From Stegostoma tigrinum (lineage: Eukaryota), in NCBI RefSeq assembly GCF_030684315.1, contig NC_081362.1, positions 97,649,323-97,713,322 on the forward strand: DNA of 64,000 nt, in the 5' to 3' direction. The position numbers and the translations under genes are program-made. This document shows, piece by piece, positions 1 to 12,649 of this stretch. The first letter of the stretch is position 1; the number at the start of each line of letters is the position of its first letter. The notes under the pieces were generated by a model, which was not told the DNA's origin, made no database searches, and worked only from the letters and a program-made list of their open reading frames with translations.

Positions 1-557
1 AGAGAATGGGAGGGGGAGTGGAAATGGTTTGCGACTGGGAGGTGCAGTTGTTTGTTGCGAACTGAGCGGAGGTGTTCTGCAAAGCGGTCCCCAAGCCTCC
101 GCTTGGTTTCCCCAATGTAGAGGAAGCCGCACCGGGTACAGTGGATACAGTATACCACATTGGCAGATGTGCAGGTGAACCTCTGCTTAATGTGGAATGT
201 CATCTTGGGGCCTGGGATGGGGGTGAGGGAGGAGGTGTGGGGACAAGTGTAGCATTTCCTGCGGTTGCAGGGGAAGGTGCCGGGTGTGGCGGGGTTGGAG
301 GGCAGTGTGGAGCGAACAAGGGAGTCACGGAGAGAGTGGTCTCTCAGGAAAGCAGACAGGAGAGGGGATGGAAAAATGTCTTGGGTGGTGGGGTCGGATT
401 GTAAATGGCGGAAGTGTCGGAGGATAATGCGTTGTATCCGGAGGTTGGTAGGGTGGTGTGTGAGAACGAGGGGGATCCTCTTGGGGCGGTTGTGGCGGGG
501 GCGGGGTGTGAGGGATGTGTCGCGGGAGATGCGGGAGACGCGGTCAAGGGCGTTCTC
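1..557 (-). mobile_element. Penelope-like element fragment (GIY-YIG region), truncated by the window edge
   Basis: Reverse complement encodes VYCIHC..LYIGETKRRLGDRFAEH, matching other copies in the window. Confidence 0.9.
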
Positions 558-1160
558 AATCCTCCTGCACTGCCACAATGACGCCACCCGAAGGTTGCAG
601 GAACAGCAACTCATATTCCGCCTGGGAACCCTGCAGCCATATGGTATCAATGTGGACTTCACCAGTTTCAAAATCTCCCCTTCCCCCACTGCATCCCCAA
701 ACCAGCCCAGTTCATCCCCTCCCCCCACTGCACCACACAACCAGCCCAGCTCTTCCCCCCCACCCACTGCATCCCAAAACCAGTCCAACCTGTCTCTGCC
801 TCCCTAACCGGTTCTTCCTCTCACCCATCCCTTCCTCCCACCCCAAGCCGCACCCCCAGCTACCTACTAACCTCATCCCACCTCCTTGACCTGTCCGTCT
901 TCCCTGGACTGACCTATCCCCTCCCTACCTCCCCACCTACACCCTCTCCACCTATCTTCTTTACTCTCCATCTTCGGTCCGCCTCCCCCTCTCTCCCTAT
1001 TTATTCCAGTTCCCTCCCCCCATCCCCCTCTCTGATGAAGGGTCTAGGCCCGAAACGTCAGCTTTTGTGCTCCTGAGATGCTGCTTGGCCTGCTGTGTTC
1101 ATCCAGCCTCACATTTTATTATCTTGGAATCTCCAGCATCTGCAGTTCCCATTATCTCTG
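558..1160 (+). mobile_element. Penelope-like element 3' end, inverted relative to 1-557
   Basis: CHNDATRRLQEQQLIFRLGTLQPYGINVDF C-terminus plus the family 3' tail. Confidence 0.9.
1032..1059 (+). ncRNA. Minimal hammerhead-ribozyme-like motif in the Penelope terminal repeat
   Basis: CTGATGA - GGGTC/GGCCC stem II - GAAACGTC. Penelope elements are known to carry minimal hammerheads. Stem I is only about 2 bp here. Confidence 0.55.
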
Positions 1161-1230
1161 ATACTATCACCAGGCTTACAGCAAACTCAAAATTAGGTGG
1201 AAAGGCAAAAGGTGAAAATATTTATTGGTG

Positions 1231-1865
1231 TGAAATAAATAGGGAGAGAGGGGGAGGCGGATCGAAGATGGATAGAGGAGAAGATAGGTGGAGAGGAGAC
1301 AGACAGGTCAAAGAGGCGGGAATGGAGCCAGTAGAGGTGAGTGTCGGTAGGGAGGTAGGGAGGGGATGGCTCAGTCCAGGGAGGACGGACAGGTCAAGGG
1401 GGCAGGATGAGGTTAATAGGCAGGAGATGGGGGTGGAGCTTGTGGTGAGAGGAAGGGATAGGTGGGGGTGGGAGGACTGTTTAGGGAGGCGAGGACGAGC
1501 TGGGCTGGTTTTGGGATGCAGTGGGTGGAGGGGAAGAACTGGGCTGGTTTTGGGATGCAGTTGGGGAAGGGGAGATTTTGAAACTGGTGAAGTCCACATT
1601 GATACCATTAGGCTGCAGGGTTCCCAAGCGGAATATGAGTTGCTGTTCCTGCAACCTTCGGGTGGCATCATTGTGGCACTGCAGGAGGCCCAAGATGGAC
1701 ATGTCATCTAAAGAATGGGAGGGGGAGTGGAAATGGTTTGCGACTGGGAGGTGCAGTTGTTTATTGTGAACCGAGCGGAGGTGTTCTGCAAAGCGGTCCC
1801 CAAGCCTCAGCTTGGTTTCCCTGATGTAAGGGAAGCCACACGGGGTACAGTGGATGCAGTAAACT
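1231..1865 (-). mobile_element. Penelope-like element 3' fragment
   Basis: ORF 1481-1888 carries a degenerate GIY-YIG (VYCIHC..YIRETK). Confidence 0.88.
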
Positions 1866-1954
1866 GATATTATCATGGCTGGGGCCAAATCGGGATGATC
1901 TGGTTCTGGAGGCAGGTACTAAGAAAGGTGATGTGGCTGTAGTACCTGGTTTGC

Positions 1955-2640
1955 TTCAGGACTTGGTTGAGCAGTTTATGTTGGCCTTCATTGCGAGAGG
2001 GTTCAAGTACGGGAGCAGGGATGTGTTGCTGCAGTTGTACAGGGCCTTGGTGAGACCACACCTGGAATATTGTGTGCAGTTTTGGTCTCCTTTTCTGAGG
2101 AAGAATGCTCTTGCTCTCAAGGGAGTGCAACGAAGGTTTACCAGGCTGATTCCAGGGATGGTGGGACTGACGTATGATTGAATCAGTTAGGCCTGTATTC
2201 ACTAGAATTTAGAAGAATGAGGGAGGATCTGTTTGAAACCCACAGCCTTCTAACAGAGATACTAGACAGGGTAGATGTAGAAAGGGTTTTCCCAATGGGA
2301 GGGGAGTACAAAAGCAAGGGTCATATTTTAAGGATTCAGGGTAAAACTTTTAGGAGTGAGCTGCAGAAAATTCCTTCAGCCGAGGAGGGGGGAGACTATG
2401 GAAATCTTTGTCACAGGAAGTGTTTAAGGCCAATTGTCTTTATGTCTTTTTGAGAGAAATGTAGATTTAGCTCTTGTGGCTAAAGGGATGAAGGGATGGG
2501 GGATGAAGGGATGGAGGATGAAGGGGTGCAGGAATGGGAGTGTGGACTTGATGATCAGCTGTGATGATACTGAATGGGAGGGCAGGTGTAAGGGGCAGAG
2601 TGGCCCACTCCTGCTCCTACCTTCTCTGTTTCTATGTCTC
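1955..2640 (+). mobile_element. CR1 LINE 3' fragment
   Basis: [21 protein letters not shown] motif and a degenerate CR1 3' end. Confidence 0.85.
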
Positions 2641-4513
2641 ACATAACAGATGTTTAGGGGGAGGGGGTGTGCTTGGGGTTGATGGGAGAAAGATGGAGAG
2701 TTTGTTTCTCCTTGTGAGATATGGTCACACTGACAAGTGATTCTTGTGAGGAAGCAATGAGGTGTTGATTAATGAGAATTATTGCTCATTATCAGCCTCA
2801 TTAACACCTCATTAATATGCAGCCAGTTTCAGGATCACCCCTTGTGAGGAAGGTAGAAATTGACAATTCTCCACAGCTCCAGTTCACTGCTTGCTCCACC
2901 AGTGATTTCTTGGATGCTCCAACATGCTCCGTGGCACCAGCGAAATGCACAGTCAGTGACATCTGCCAGCCTCACAGGGCCCTCCTGGTACATCATGATG
3001 CCTCTGTACCACAATGTAACTCGTTGCAATGTTCATTGTAGCACGGAGAGTGGACTAGGCCTCAGCTCCAGGCTGTTCTCTCACTCTCTCAGCACTGACC
3101 TGCATTCTCCCTGCATTCCCTGCCTGGGCCTATCTTTTTGCACTTGGCACCCTCAGTGAGAGGCCCCAGACTCACCTTCTCTCAATCCCATCAACACCTC
3201 CTGCAGACACTCCGTCAGGAAGCTGGCCATGTTTGTCAGCAATCCTCAGGCAAATCCAGGGGAAAATAGTTTTCATGCAGGGTAGTGAGACCTGGTTCAG
3301 GACATCAGCCATTCAGGTCAGGGCGGGGGGTCGGTTAGAGTCAGAATCCTCGAGGGGAGCAGGTCATTGGCCTTCCTCCTTTGCACTGGGTCTCGCTGCT
3401 GGTCGCTGAGACCACAGTGATCCCAGGTGGTAATCCTGGGATCTGTCTGGCAGGATCTGATGGTATGGCATCCTCTGTGTGTCTATGGGAGAAGTAGCTG
3501 TACCTCCTCAGTACCACCCCACCCTGGGACTTCCAGGTAACTATCTTCACAGCAGAAAGATAACTTGCCCTCATCGGTCACATCTGGGCCAAATACCTGC
3601 CAATCACATCCTTCACCTGTCTCGACTGAAGCTGAATGGATGATCAGTATGCTGAGCAGTGACCTCAGTGAGCCCCTGGGGCCCATGGCCTCTTCCACTG
3701 CCATCACTGAGCAGCCACTTTCTCAAATGCCCTGTTGTTCCTTTTCACCTTCTCTGCTGCCCATTTGATCTCTGGCCACTCTGGACATCAGCGATTAGGG
3801 CCCCGGCACCCGGTACAAAGGAAGATCCCATATACGGAGTGTGTCTGTCACAGCCAGGGCAGTATCTCAATCCTGCTCACTTTGTCCCCAACAAAACAAA
3901 ATGGAGACTGTGTCTGGGAAAGGAGACAAGGGAGGGAGTGAGGGAGGGGAGCAGGAGGACAAGGGTTTTCCAGAGGGAGTGATGGAAAGTTGGGAGGATT
4001 TACAGGCAGGAATAATGGAGGGGGTGCACGGATATAATTTCCAGGTGGGCAGTGTTCACTTTGAGGTGGTTGAAGAGGTTTGGTTTTGAAAGTGGGGAGG
4101 GTGTATTTTGAGGAAGGGCTAATATTTGAACAGATTGTCTTTTTGGGGAAGGGGATATTTGGAGCAGATTTACAAACAAGAGCAGTATGGGATCACAGAA
4201 TAAAGTGGCACTCATTTAACACTGGGGTGAAGAGGAATTCCGTCTCTCAGATGGGAGTGAGTCTACGGAATTCCTTACCACAGAGAGCTTGGGGCAGAGT
4301 CTTTGGGTATATTTAATGCTGAAATAGATAGATTCTTCATCAGTCAGTGAATTCAGGGTTTGGGAAAATGCAGGAAAGTGTACAGGAGGAATGTCAGATC
4401 AACTATGTGCTCCATAGCGGAGGTTGAACACCCCAGATCCCAGCCAATAACTCAGCACAGAGAAACTCACCCGTCCTATAGTCTGTTAAAAAAAGCCCCA
4501 ATATGGTATAAAG

Positions 4514-4740
4514 AGAGATAGTAGGAACTGCAGACGCTGGAGAGTCTGAGAGAACAAGGAATAGAGCTGGATGGACACAGCAGGCCAAGCAGCATCAGAG
4601 GAGCAGGAAGGCTGGCGTTTCGGGCCTAGATCTTTCTGACCTCTTTCTGAAGAAGGGTCTAGGCCCGAAACGTCAGCCTTCCTGCTCCTCTGATGCTGCT
4701 TGGCCTGCTGTGTCCATCCAGCTCTACACTTTGTTATCTT
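4514..4740. mobile_element. Palindromic non-autonomous Penelope-derived element
   Basis: Two inverted copies of the Penelope tail; CTGAAGA..GAAACGTC core at 4647-4674. Confidence 0.8.
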
Positions 4741-5159
4741 AAATTATTCAGTATATTTATTAACAGCTTCACTTATGTGATAATAAGCTATTTATTCAAG
4801 TTCTTTAATGATACAAAGTTGACAGAGTTGTAAGTAATGTAATTCAAAGTACAGAAAAACCCCGACACTCACTTCACAATCAACACGGAACACTTTATTT
4901 ATCTAAGAGTGAGAAAATTAACTAAAGTATTAGCAAACCGAGTAGTACCCTCCCCACCTTCACAACAGATTGCCCTTTTGGATGGTGGTGCGGGCTCAAG
5001 GTATTGAATGGCGTCCTCCTGTTCAGCACGATAACAGAGTGAGCACACGTACACGTACACAGAGACACCCACACATGGACACACACACAGACACGCACAC
5101 AGACACATACAGACGGAAATACACACACGGGCACACACACACGGACTTGCATACACAAA

Positions 5160-6655
5160 CAAAAGAACGAAGAACAAAGAAACCTACAGCACAGGAACAG
5201 GCCCTTCAGCCCTTCAAGCCTGCGCTGATCAAGATCCTCTGTCTAACCTGTCGTCTATTTTCTAAGGGTCTGTGTCCATTTGTTCCCTGCCCATCCATGT
5301 ACCTGTCCAAATATATCTTAAAAGATGCTAACGTGTCCTTGTCTACCGCCTCCGCTGGCAACGCGTTCCAGGCACCCACCACCCTCTGTGTAAAGAACTT
5401 TCCACGCATATCTCCCTGAAACTTTCCTCCTCTCACTTTGAACTCATGACCCCTAGTAATTGAGTCCCCCACTCTGGGGAAAAAGCTTTTTGCTGTCCAC
5501 CCTGTCTATACCCCTCATGATTTTGTAGACCTCAATCAGGTCCCCCCTCAATCTCCATCTTTCTAATGAAAATAATCCTAATCTACTCAACCTCTCTTCA
5601 TAGCTAGCACCCTCCATACCAGGCAACATCCTGGTGAACCTTCTCTGCACCATCTCCAAAGCATCCACATCCTTTTGGTAAAGTGGCGACCAGAACTGTA
5701 CACAGTACTCCAAATGTGGTCAAACCAAAGTCCTATACAACTGCAACATGACCTGCCAACTCTTGTACTCAATACCCTGTCCAATGAAGGAAAGCATGCC
5801 ATATACCTCCTTGACCACCCTATTGACCTGCGTTGTCACCTTCAGGGAACAATGGACCTGAACACCCAGATCTCTCTGTTCATCAATTTTCCCTAGGACT
5901 TTTCCATTTACTGTATAGTTCACCCTTGAATTTGATCTTCCAAAATGCATGACCTCACATTTGCTTGGATTGAACTCCATCTGCCATTTATCTGCCCAAC
6001 TCTCCAGTCTATCTATATTCTGCTGTAAGCTCTGACAGTCCCCCTCACTATCTGCTACTCCACCGATCTTAGTGTCATCTGCAAACTTGCTGATCAGACC
6101 ACCTACACATTCCTCCAGATCATTTACATATATCACAAACAACAGTGGTCCCAGCACAGATCCCTGTGGAACACCACTGGTCACAGGTCTCCAATTTGAG
6201 AAACTCCTTTCTACTACTAACCTCTGTCTCCTGTTGCCCAACCAGTTTTTTATCCATCTAGCTAGCACACCCTGGACCCCACGTGACTTCACTTTCTCCA
6301 TCAGCCTGCTATGGGGAACCTTATCAAACGCCTTACTGAAGTCCATGTATATGACATCTACAGCCTTTCCTTCATCAACCAACTTTGTCACGTCATCAAA
6401 GAATTTTATTAAGTTGGTAAGACATGACCTTCCCTGTACAAAACCATGCTGCCTATCACTGATAAGCCCATTTTCTTCCAAATGGGAATAGATCCTATCC
6501 CTCAGTATCTTCTCCAGTAGCTTCCCTACCACTGACGTCAGGCTCACCGGTTGATAATTACCTGGATTATCCTTGTTACACTTTTTAAAAAAGGGGACAA
6601 CGTTAGCAAGTCTCCAGTCCTCCGGGATCTCACCCGTGTCTAAGGACGCTGCAAA
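5160..6655 (-). mobile_element. 5'-truncated CR1 LINE (RT region) inserted in a (CA)n tract
   Basis: QHGF, YMDFSKAFDKV, GVPQGSVLGP and FADD motifs with a simple-repeat tail. Near-TSD acggac(t/a)tgcataca on both sides; CA-rich flanks at 5040-5160 and 6656-6800. Confidence 0.95.
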
Positions 6656-6802
6656 GACGGACATGCATACACGGACATACACACACGGACACTCGCACAT
6701 GCGCATACACGCATATGCACGCACACACAGACACATACACACACATGCAGACACATACACACAGACACACACATATACACACAGACAGACATACACAGAA
6801 AC

Positions 6803-7600
6803 ACAAAGTTCTGGAATAGCTCGGCACGTCTGGCAGCATCTGTGGAGAGAAATCAGACTTAATGTTTCAGGTCTGGTGACCCTTCCTTAGAACTGATGGT
6901 GGCTGGGAAAGTGTCGGTTTATGTGCAGAAGATAGTGTAGGGCGTAGGGAGTAAATGATAGGTGGGAATAGAGCCCAAAGAGACAGAAAAACCGTTAGGT
7001 AGACTAAGGAATGGATAACGATCAGGCTGGGAGGGTGAATAGTTGTTAATGGGGACTGTTAGTGACTCACAACAGGGGGTTTGTAATGGCAGACTATGTG
7101 ATACCAAGGCCTGGTGTGTGGGGTAGGGGATGGGACATGAGAGAGTTTAGGCCCTAAAATTATTGAACTCAATATTGAGTCTGGAGGGCTGCAGGGTCCC
7201 CAAGCGGAAAATGAGGCGTTGTTCCTCCAGCATGCTTTGAGCTTCAGTGGAACACTGCAGCAAGCCTGAGACAGATAACGAGGTGTTGAGCTGGATGAAC
7301 ACAGCAGGCCAAGCAGCATCAGAAAAAAAGATTCTGAAGAAGGGTCCAGGCCTGAAACATCAGCTTTCCTGTTCCTGAGATGCTGCTTGGCCTGCTGTGT
7401 TCATCCAACTCTACACCTTGTTATCTCAGATTCTCCAGCATCTGCTGTTCCTATTATCTCAGAGACCAAGATGTTGGCCAGGGAACAGGGTGCTGTGTGA
7501 AAGTGGCAGGTAACAGTAAGCTCAGGGTCTCTTCTGCAAACACAATGGAGATATTCTGTGAAACGTCACCCAGTCTACGCTTCATTTCCCCAATTTAATT
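6803..7600 (-). mobile_element. Divergent Penelope remnant with a nested palindromic Penelope-tail element (~7272-7460)
   Basis: Degenerate IFRLGTLQP-coding region plus inverted tail copies. Confidence 0.7.
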
Positions 7601-7625
7601 CTTTCAGATTTTATTTTCTATAACA

Positions 7626-7644
7626 CAGCACCATCTGCTGGTGA
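7626..7644 (-). promoter_or_regulatory. CTCF-like motif
   Basis: Minus strand reads CACCAGCAGATGGTGCTG, close to the CTCF core consensus. Confidence 0.45.
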
Positions 7645-7741
7645 GAGAGATAATAGAAACTGCGGATGCTGGAGAATCCGAGATAACAAAGTGTGGAGCT
7701 GGATGAACACAGCAGGCCCAGCAGCATCTCAGGAGCACAAA
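7645..7741 (-). mobile_element. Short Penelope-tail insertion with 15-bp TSD
   Basis: accatctgctggtga at 7630-7644 and 7742-7756. Confidence 0.85.
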
Positions 7742-8379
7742 ACCATCTGCTGGTGACTCATTGTCATCAACAACAGCAGAAAGAATAACCCCCCCTTCCC
7801 CCGGGAATAGGATAATCCCCTATAAATTACAACCCCACCCCACCCTGAGGGAACAGGATAATCCCTTGTAAATAACCCATCCCAGGGTACGGTGTAATCC
7901 CTTGTAAATAGCCCCCACATCAAACAATGGGGGAATTCCTTGTAAATACCACCCCAGGCAACAGGGTAATCCCTTGTAAATACCCCCCCTGGGATAATAT
8001 AATTACTTGTAAATACCCCCCCAGGGAATAGGAAGGAGCTGTCTGAGGATATTTGGTGAATTTCTGCAGTGTATCTTGTAGACAGTACACACTGCTGCGA
8101 CTGAGTGTCGGTGGTGGAGGGAGTGGGATGTTTGTGAATGTGATACCAATCAAGCGGCTGCTTTGTCCTGGATGGTGTTAAGCTTCTTGAGTGTTGTTGG
8201 GGCTGTACCCATCCAGGCAAGTGGGAAGTATTCCATCATACTCCTTACTTGTGCCTTGTAAATGGTGGACAGGCTTTGGGGAGTCAGGAGATGAGTTAGT
8301 CGCTGCAGTATTCCTCGCTTCTTGTAGCCGCTGTGTTTATGTGGCGTGTCCAGTTGAATTTTGTGGGGGTGGGGACATT

Positions 8380-9430
8380 TTTTTGACTGGACGCCATGGC
8401 CAGTGGTGTTCCACGAGAATCAGTACAGGGACCTCGGTTGGTTGTAATATATGTGAATGACTTGGATTGTAATAGATGTAAAATGTAGGTGGCCTGAGTA
8501 GTAAGTTTGGAGATGTTGTGAACGTTGGTGGAATTGTAGATGGTGAGAATGGTTGTCAAAGGATACAGCAAGATTGACTGGAAAGTTGGATGGAGAAGTG
8601 GCAAATGGAATAGAATCCAGAAAGTGTGAGGTGATGCATTTGAGGTAAAATGCAAGAGGAAAGTATACAGCAAGACCGCTGGGAGCACCAATGTCCAGAG
8701 GCGTCTCGGGTACAAGATCTTAGCTCCCTGAAAGTGCCATCACAAGTGGATAAAGAAGGCACATGGCATGCTTACCTTCATCAGTCAGGACTTTTTAGAA
8801 TCATAGATTCCCTACAGTGTGGAAACAGGCCCTTCGGCCCAACAAGTCCACAGCGCCCCTAGAAGCGTCTCACCCAGACCCATCCCCCTTTAACCCACAC
8901 ACCCCTGAACACTACAGGCAACTTAGCATGGCCAATCCACCTAGCCTACACATCTTTGGACTGTGGGAGGAAACCAGAGCACCCGGAGGAAACCCACACA
9001 GACACGGGGACAATGTGCAAACTCCACACAGACAGTTGCCTGAGGCTGGAATTGAACCCGGGTCCCTGGCGCTGTGAGGCTGCATTGCTAACTACCGAGC
9101 CACCGTGCTGCCCCAATTGAGTATAAAAGTTGACAAATCATGTCGCAGCTTGTATAAAAGTTAACTGAGGTCACATTGTGTGCACTCCTGGTCACCAAGC
9201 GACAGGAAGGATGTGGAGTCTTTGCAGCTGGTGTAGAAGAGATTTACCAGGATGTTGCCTGGATTGGAGTGTATCAGTCATGAGAGGTTGGACAAACTTG
9301 GATTGTGTTCACCAGAGTGCCAACAGCTGAGAGGGGACCTGATGGAAGTATACAAAATGATGAGAGGCATGGATTGGATGGATAGTCAGATAGTCTTTCC
9401 CAAGGTGGAAATATCAAACACTAGGGACAA
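8380..9430 (+). mobile_element. Degenerate CR1 LINE RT fragment interrupted by a SINE
   Basis: SGVP.ESVQGP and KCEVMH-like motifs; the sequence resumes (attgagtataaaag) after the SINE. Confidence 0.8.
8797..9113 (-). mobile_element. tRNA-derived V-SINE (HE1-like)
   Basis: Minus strand has A box TGGCTCGGTAG, B box GGTTCAATTCC, V-domain core (gtggagtttgcacattgtccccgtgtctgtgtgggtttcctcc) and a CR1-type tail. Confidence 0.88.
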
Positions 9431-9439
9431 AGTGTCACA

Positions 9440-10090
9440 GTCATGAAAGTCGCAGAGTTGTGTGGCATGGAAATGGCCCTTTGGTCCAACTCATCGCTGC
9501 TGACTAGGTATCCTAAACAGAATTGATCCCATTGGCCTGCAATCTATCTCATCCATGTACCTGTCTAAATGTTTCTTAAATGATGAAATTGTACTCATCC
9601 CCACCACTACCCCTGGCAGCCCGTTCCAGACACGTACCACCCGCTGTGTGAAAGAAATTGTCCCTCTGGTCGCTTTTGTATCTCTGTCCTGTCTCCTTAA
9701 ACCTATGCCCTCTAGTTTTAGACACCCCTACAATGGGGAAAAGCTCTTGGCTATTCTACTTCATCTGTGCCTCTCATGATTTTATGAACCTCTATAAGGC
9801 CACTCCTCAGTCTCCTGTGCTCTAGGGAAAAAAGTTCCAGCTTAACCAACCTCTCCTGTATAACTCAAACCTTCTAGTCCAGGCAGCATCCAGTAAATCT
9901 TCCTTGTATGCCTTCTAGTTTATTAAGAATCGTTGTTATAATCGGCCAACCAGAACTGCAACAAGACATTCCAACTTCCATACTCTGTGCTCTGACTGAT
10001 GAAAGCTAGCATGCTGGAAACCATCTTCACCACCCTGTCTACTTGTGGCTCCATTATCAAGGAGCTATGAACTTATACCCCCGAGATCTC
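9440..10090 (-). mobile_element. Degenerate CR1 3' fragment
   Basis: Similarity to the CR1 3' ends at 5160 and 29408. Confidence 0.7.
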
Positions 10091-11189
10091 ATTGCTCTAT
10101 ATTCTAGATCTGCCCGTTATCTGTGTTGTTCTGATAAACAAAAAGCCTCGATGATATACTGTTTCTCTGAATTTGAATCTGCCATTTCTTCTATCAATAG
10201 CATGGATCTTGCCTCAGTCAGTCCATGAAGTAGAAAACATACAGCAAATGTGTAAAACAGGCATTCGCCTCAGGTTTGCAACCTTAACAAAAAGTGAGGA
10301 ACCAAGTCTTGTTGAGGGCCGTTATAGATTTGTATGGTTTCAGGTTCTGCTTTCTGACTTAACCACTAGCTATTCCCTCAGGAGAGCCTCTTTCTACCAA
10401 ATAAAAACCAAACAAACTGCAGATGTTGTACTCTCTGAAGGGTGTAGGCCCGAAACGTCAGCTTTTGTGCTCCTGAGATGCTGCTTGGCCTGCTGTGTTC
10501 ATCCAGCTTCACACTTTGTTATCTGCGGATGTTGTAAATCAGGAACTAAAACAGAAGTTCCTGGAAAAGAGATAAACAGAGTTAATGTTTCAGGTCCAGA
10601 GACCCTTCCCAGATGTTGCTGAGCTTTACCAGCAAACTTGTTTTTCTTCTTCTTTCTACTGATATTGTTGGTACTTAGGTGGACCAAGGCAACAGGAATT
10701 TTCCCCTCCCACTCCATGTTTCTCTGTGGTCCAGATGGGATACCCTGACCACAGGAACCAGGCAGGCAACACAGTCTTCAGGAATCTCAATCCTGGCCAT
10801 AGAGAACATCGTCAATTCTCTGGACTATACTATCCCTAACTACAACCACATTTCTCCTTTCTCCTGAACGCTTGTGATTCCCCGTATCGTGGTGCTATGG
10901 CCAGTTTGCTCATTCTCCCTACAGCCCCCACTCTCACCCACACAGGGGCTGAGAATCTCAAACCTGTTAGACACCTCAAGAGCTGAGTGTCCTTCAGCAC
11001 GACCTCCTGGATTCCTTTATCTCCCTCACTCATAATCACACTCTCCTGTTGCTGACCAATTACTGATGCTTTTAGTCCAAAGAGAGTGACTGCCTCCGGA
11101 AACAGTGTCCAGGTAACGTTCCCCCCTCCCTGATATGTCCGATCTCACCAACTTGGAGCCAGAATTCCTCAAACAACCAGGAATTGGTT

Positions 11190-12182
11190 GTAAATACCCC
11201 AGGGAGCAGGGTAAAGGCCTGTAAATACCCCAAGGAACAGGGTAAAGGCCTGTAAATACCCCAGAGCAGGGTAAAGGCCTGTAAATACCCCAGGGAACAG
11301 GGTAAAGGTCTGTAAATACCCCAGAGCAGGGTAAAGGCCCGTAAATACCCCAGGGAACAGGGTAAAGGCCTGTAAATACCCCAGAGCAGGGTAGAGGCCA
11401 GTAAATACCCCAGGGAACAGGGTAAAGGCCTGTAAATACCCCAGAGCAGGGTAAAAGCCTGTAAATACCCCAGGGAGCAGGGTAAAGGCCTGTAAATACC
11501 CCAGAGCAGGGTAAAAGCCCGTAAATACCCCAGGGAGCAGGGTAAAGGCCTGTAAATACCCCAGAGCAGGGTAAAAGCTTGTAAATACCCCAGGGAGCAC
11601 GGTAAAAGCCTGTAAATACCCCAGAGCAGGGTAAAAGCCTGTAAATACCCCAGGAAACAGGGTAAAAGCCTGTAAATACCCCAGAGCAGGGTAAAAGCCT
11701 GTAAATACCCCAGGGAGCAGGGTGAAGGCCTGTAAATACCCCAGAGCAGGGTAAAGGCCTGTAAATACCCCAGGAAGCAGGGTGAAGGCCTGTAAATACT
11801 TCAGAGCAGGGTAAAGGCCTGTAAGTACCCCAGGGAGCAGGGTAAAGGCCTGTAAATACCCCAGGGAGCAGGGTAAAGGCCTGTAAATACCCCAGGGAGC
11901 AGGGTGAAGGCCTGTAAATACTTCAGAGCAGGGTAAAGGCCTGTAAATACCCCAGGGAGCAGGGTAAAGGCCTGTAAATACCCCAGGGAGCAGGGTGAAG
12001 GCCTGTAAAGACACCAGAGCAGGGTAAAGGCCTGTAAATACCCCAGGGAGCAGGGTAAAGGCCTGTAAATACCCCAGGGCGCAGGGTGAAGGCCCGTAAA
12101 TACCCCAGGGCGCAGGGTGAAGGCCTGTAAATACACCAGGGAGTAGGGTAAAGGCCTGTAAATACCCCAGAGCAGGGTAAAG
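11190..12182 (+). repeat. Minisatellite of 31/29-bp units forming a 60-bp higher-order repeat
   Basis: gtaaataccccagggagcagggtaaaggcct alternating with gtaaataccccagagcagggtaaaggcct. Confidence 0.97.
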
Positions 12183-12649
12183 GTCCAGCAAGACGCTGGC
12201 AGCAGCCTGGCAGCCATCACATTGGGACCCCTTTCCCAGTTTCCGCACAGTTGTAGAGCATCTCCCTCTCATTTCCCCGGCTGCAAGGCCATTCACTGTC
12301 AACACTGCTGTTCCTGAGCTCTGTGATTTGCCATGGACCTCTGTCACCATTTTCAGTGAGGAGCCTCCATGTTCAGCTTTGGCCCAACCGCAGACTGATC
12401 CTGAGTGGGTTCAGTTTCTGGGGCATGGTTCCTCGATCAGACCTGGGTTTCGATGAATGTGGGATAGAATGTGGGATACTGATGGGATAGTGTAAGGGGA
12501 GGGGCTTAGATCAGTTCACAGGTCGGCACAACATCGAGGGTCGAAGGGCCTGTTCTGTGATGTACTGTTCTATGTTCTATGTTCCAATGTCAAATGTTGA
12601 GAAGAATGACCTAATTTCATGGTTACGCTATGATTAGACTTTTTTTTTA

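Noticed and set aside
2800-3900. Possible Harbinger-type or other coding remnant
   Set aside because: No motif I can identify with confidence.
11169-12350. 393-aa ORF with repeated YLQAFTLLPGVFTG
   Set aside because: Translation of the minisatellite; no non-repeat domain.
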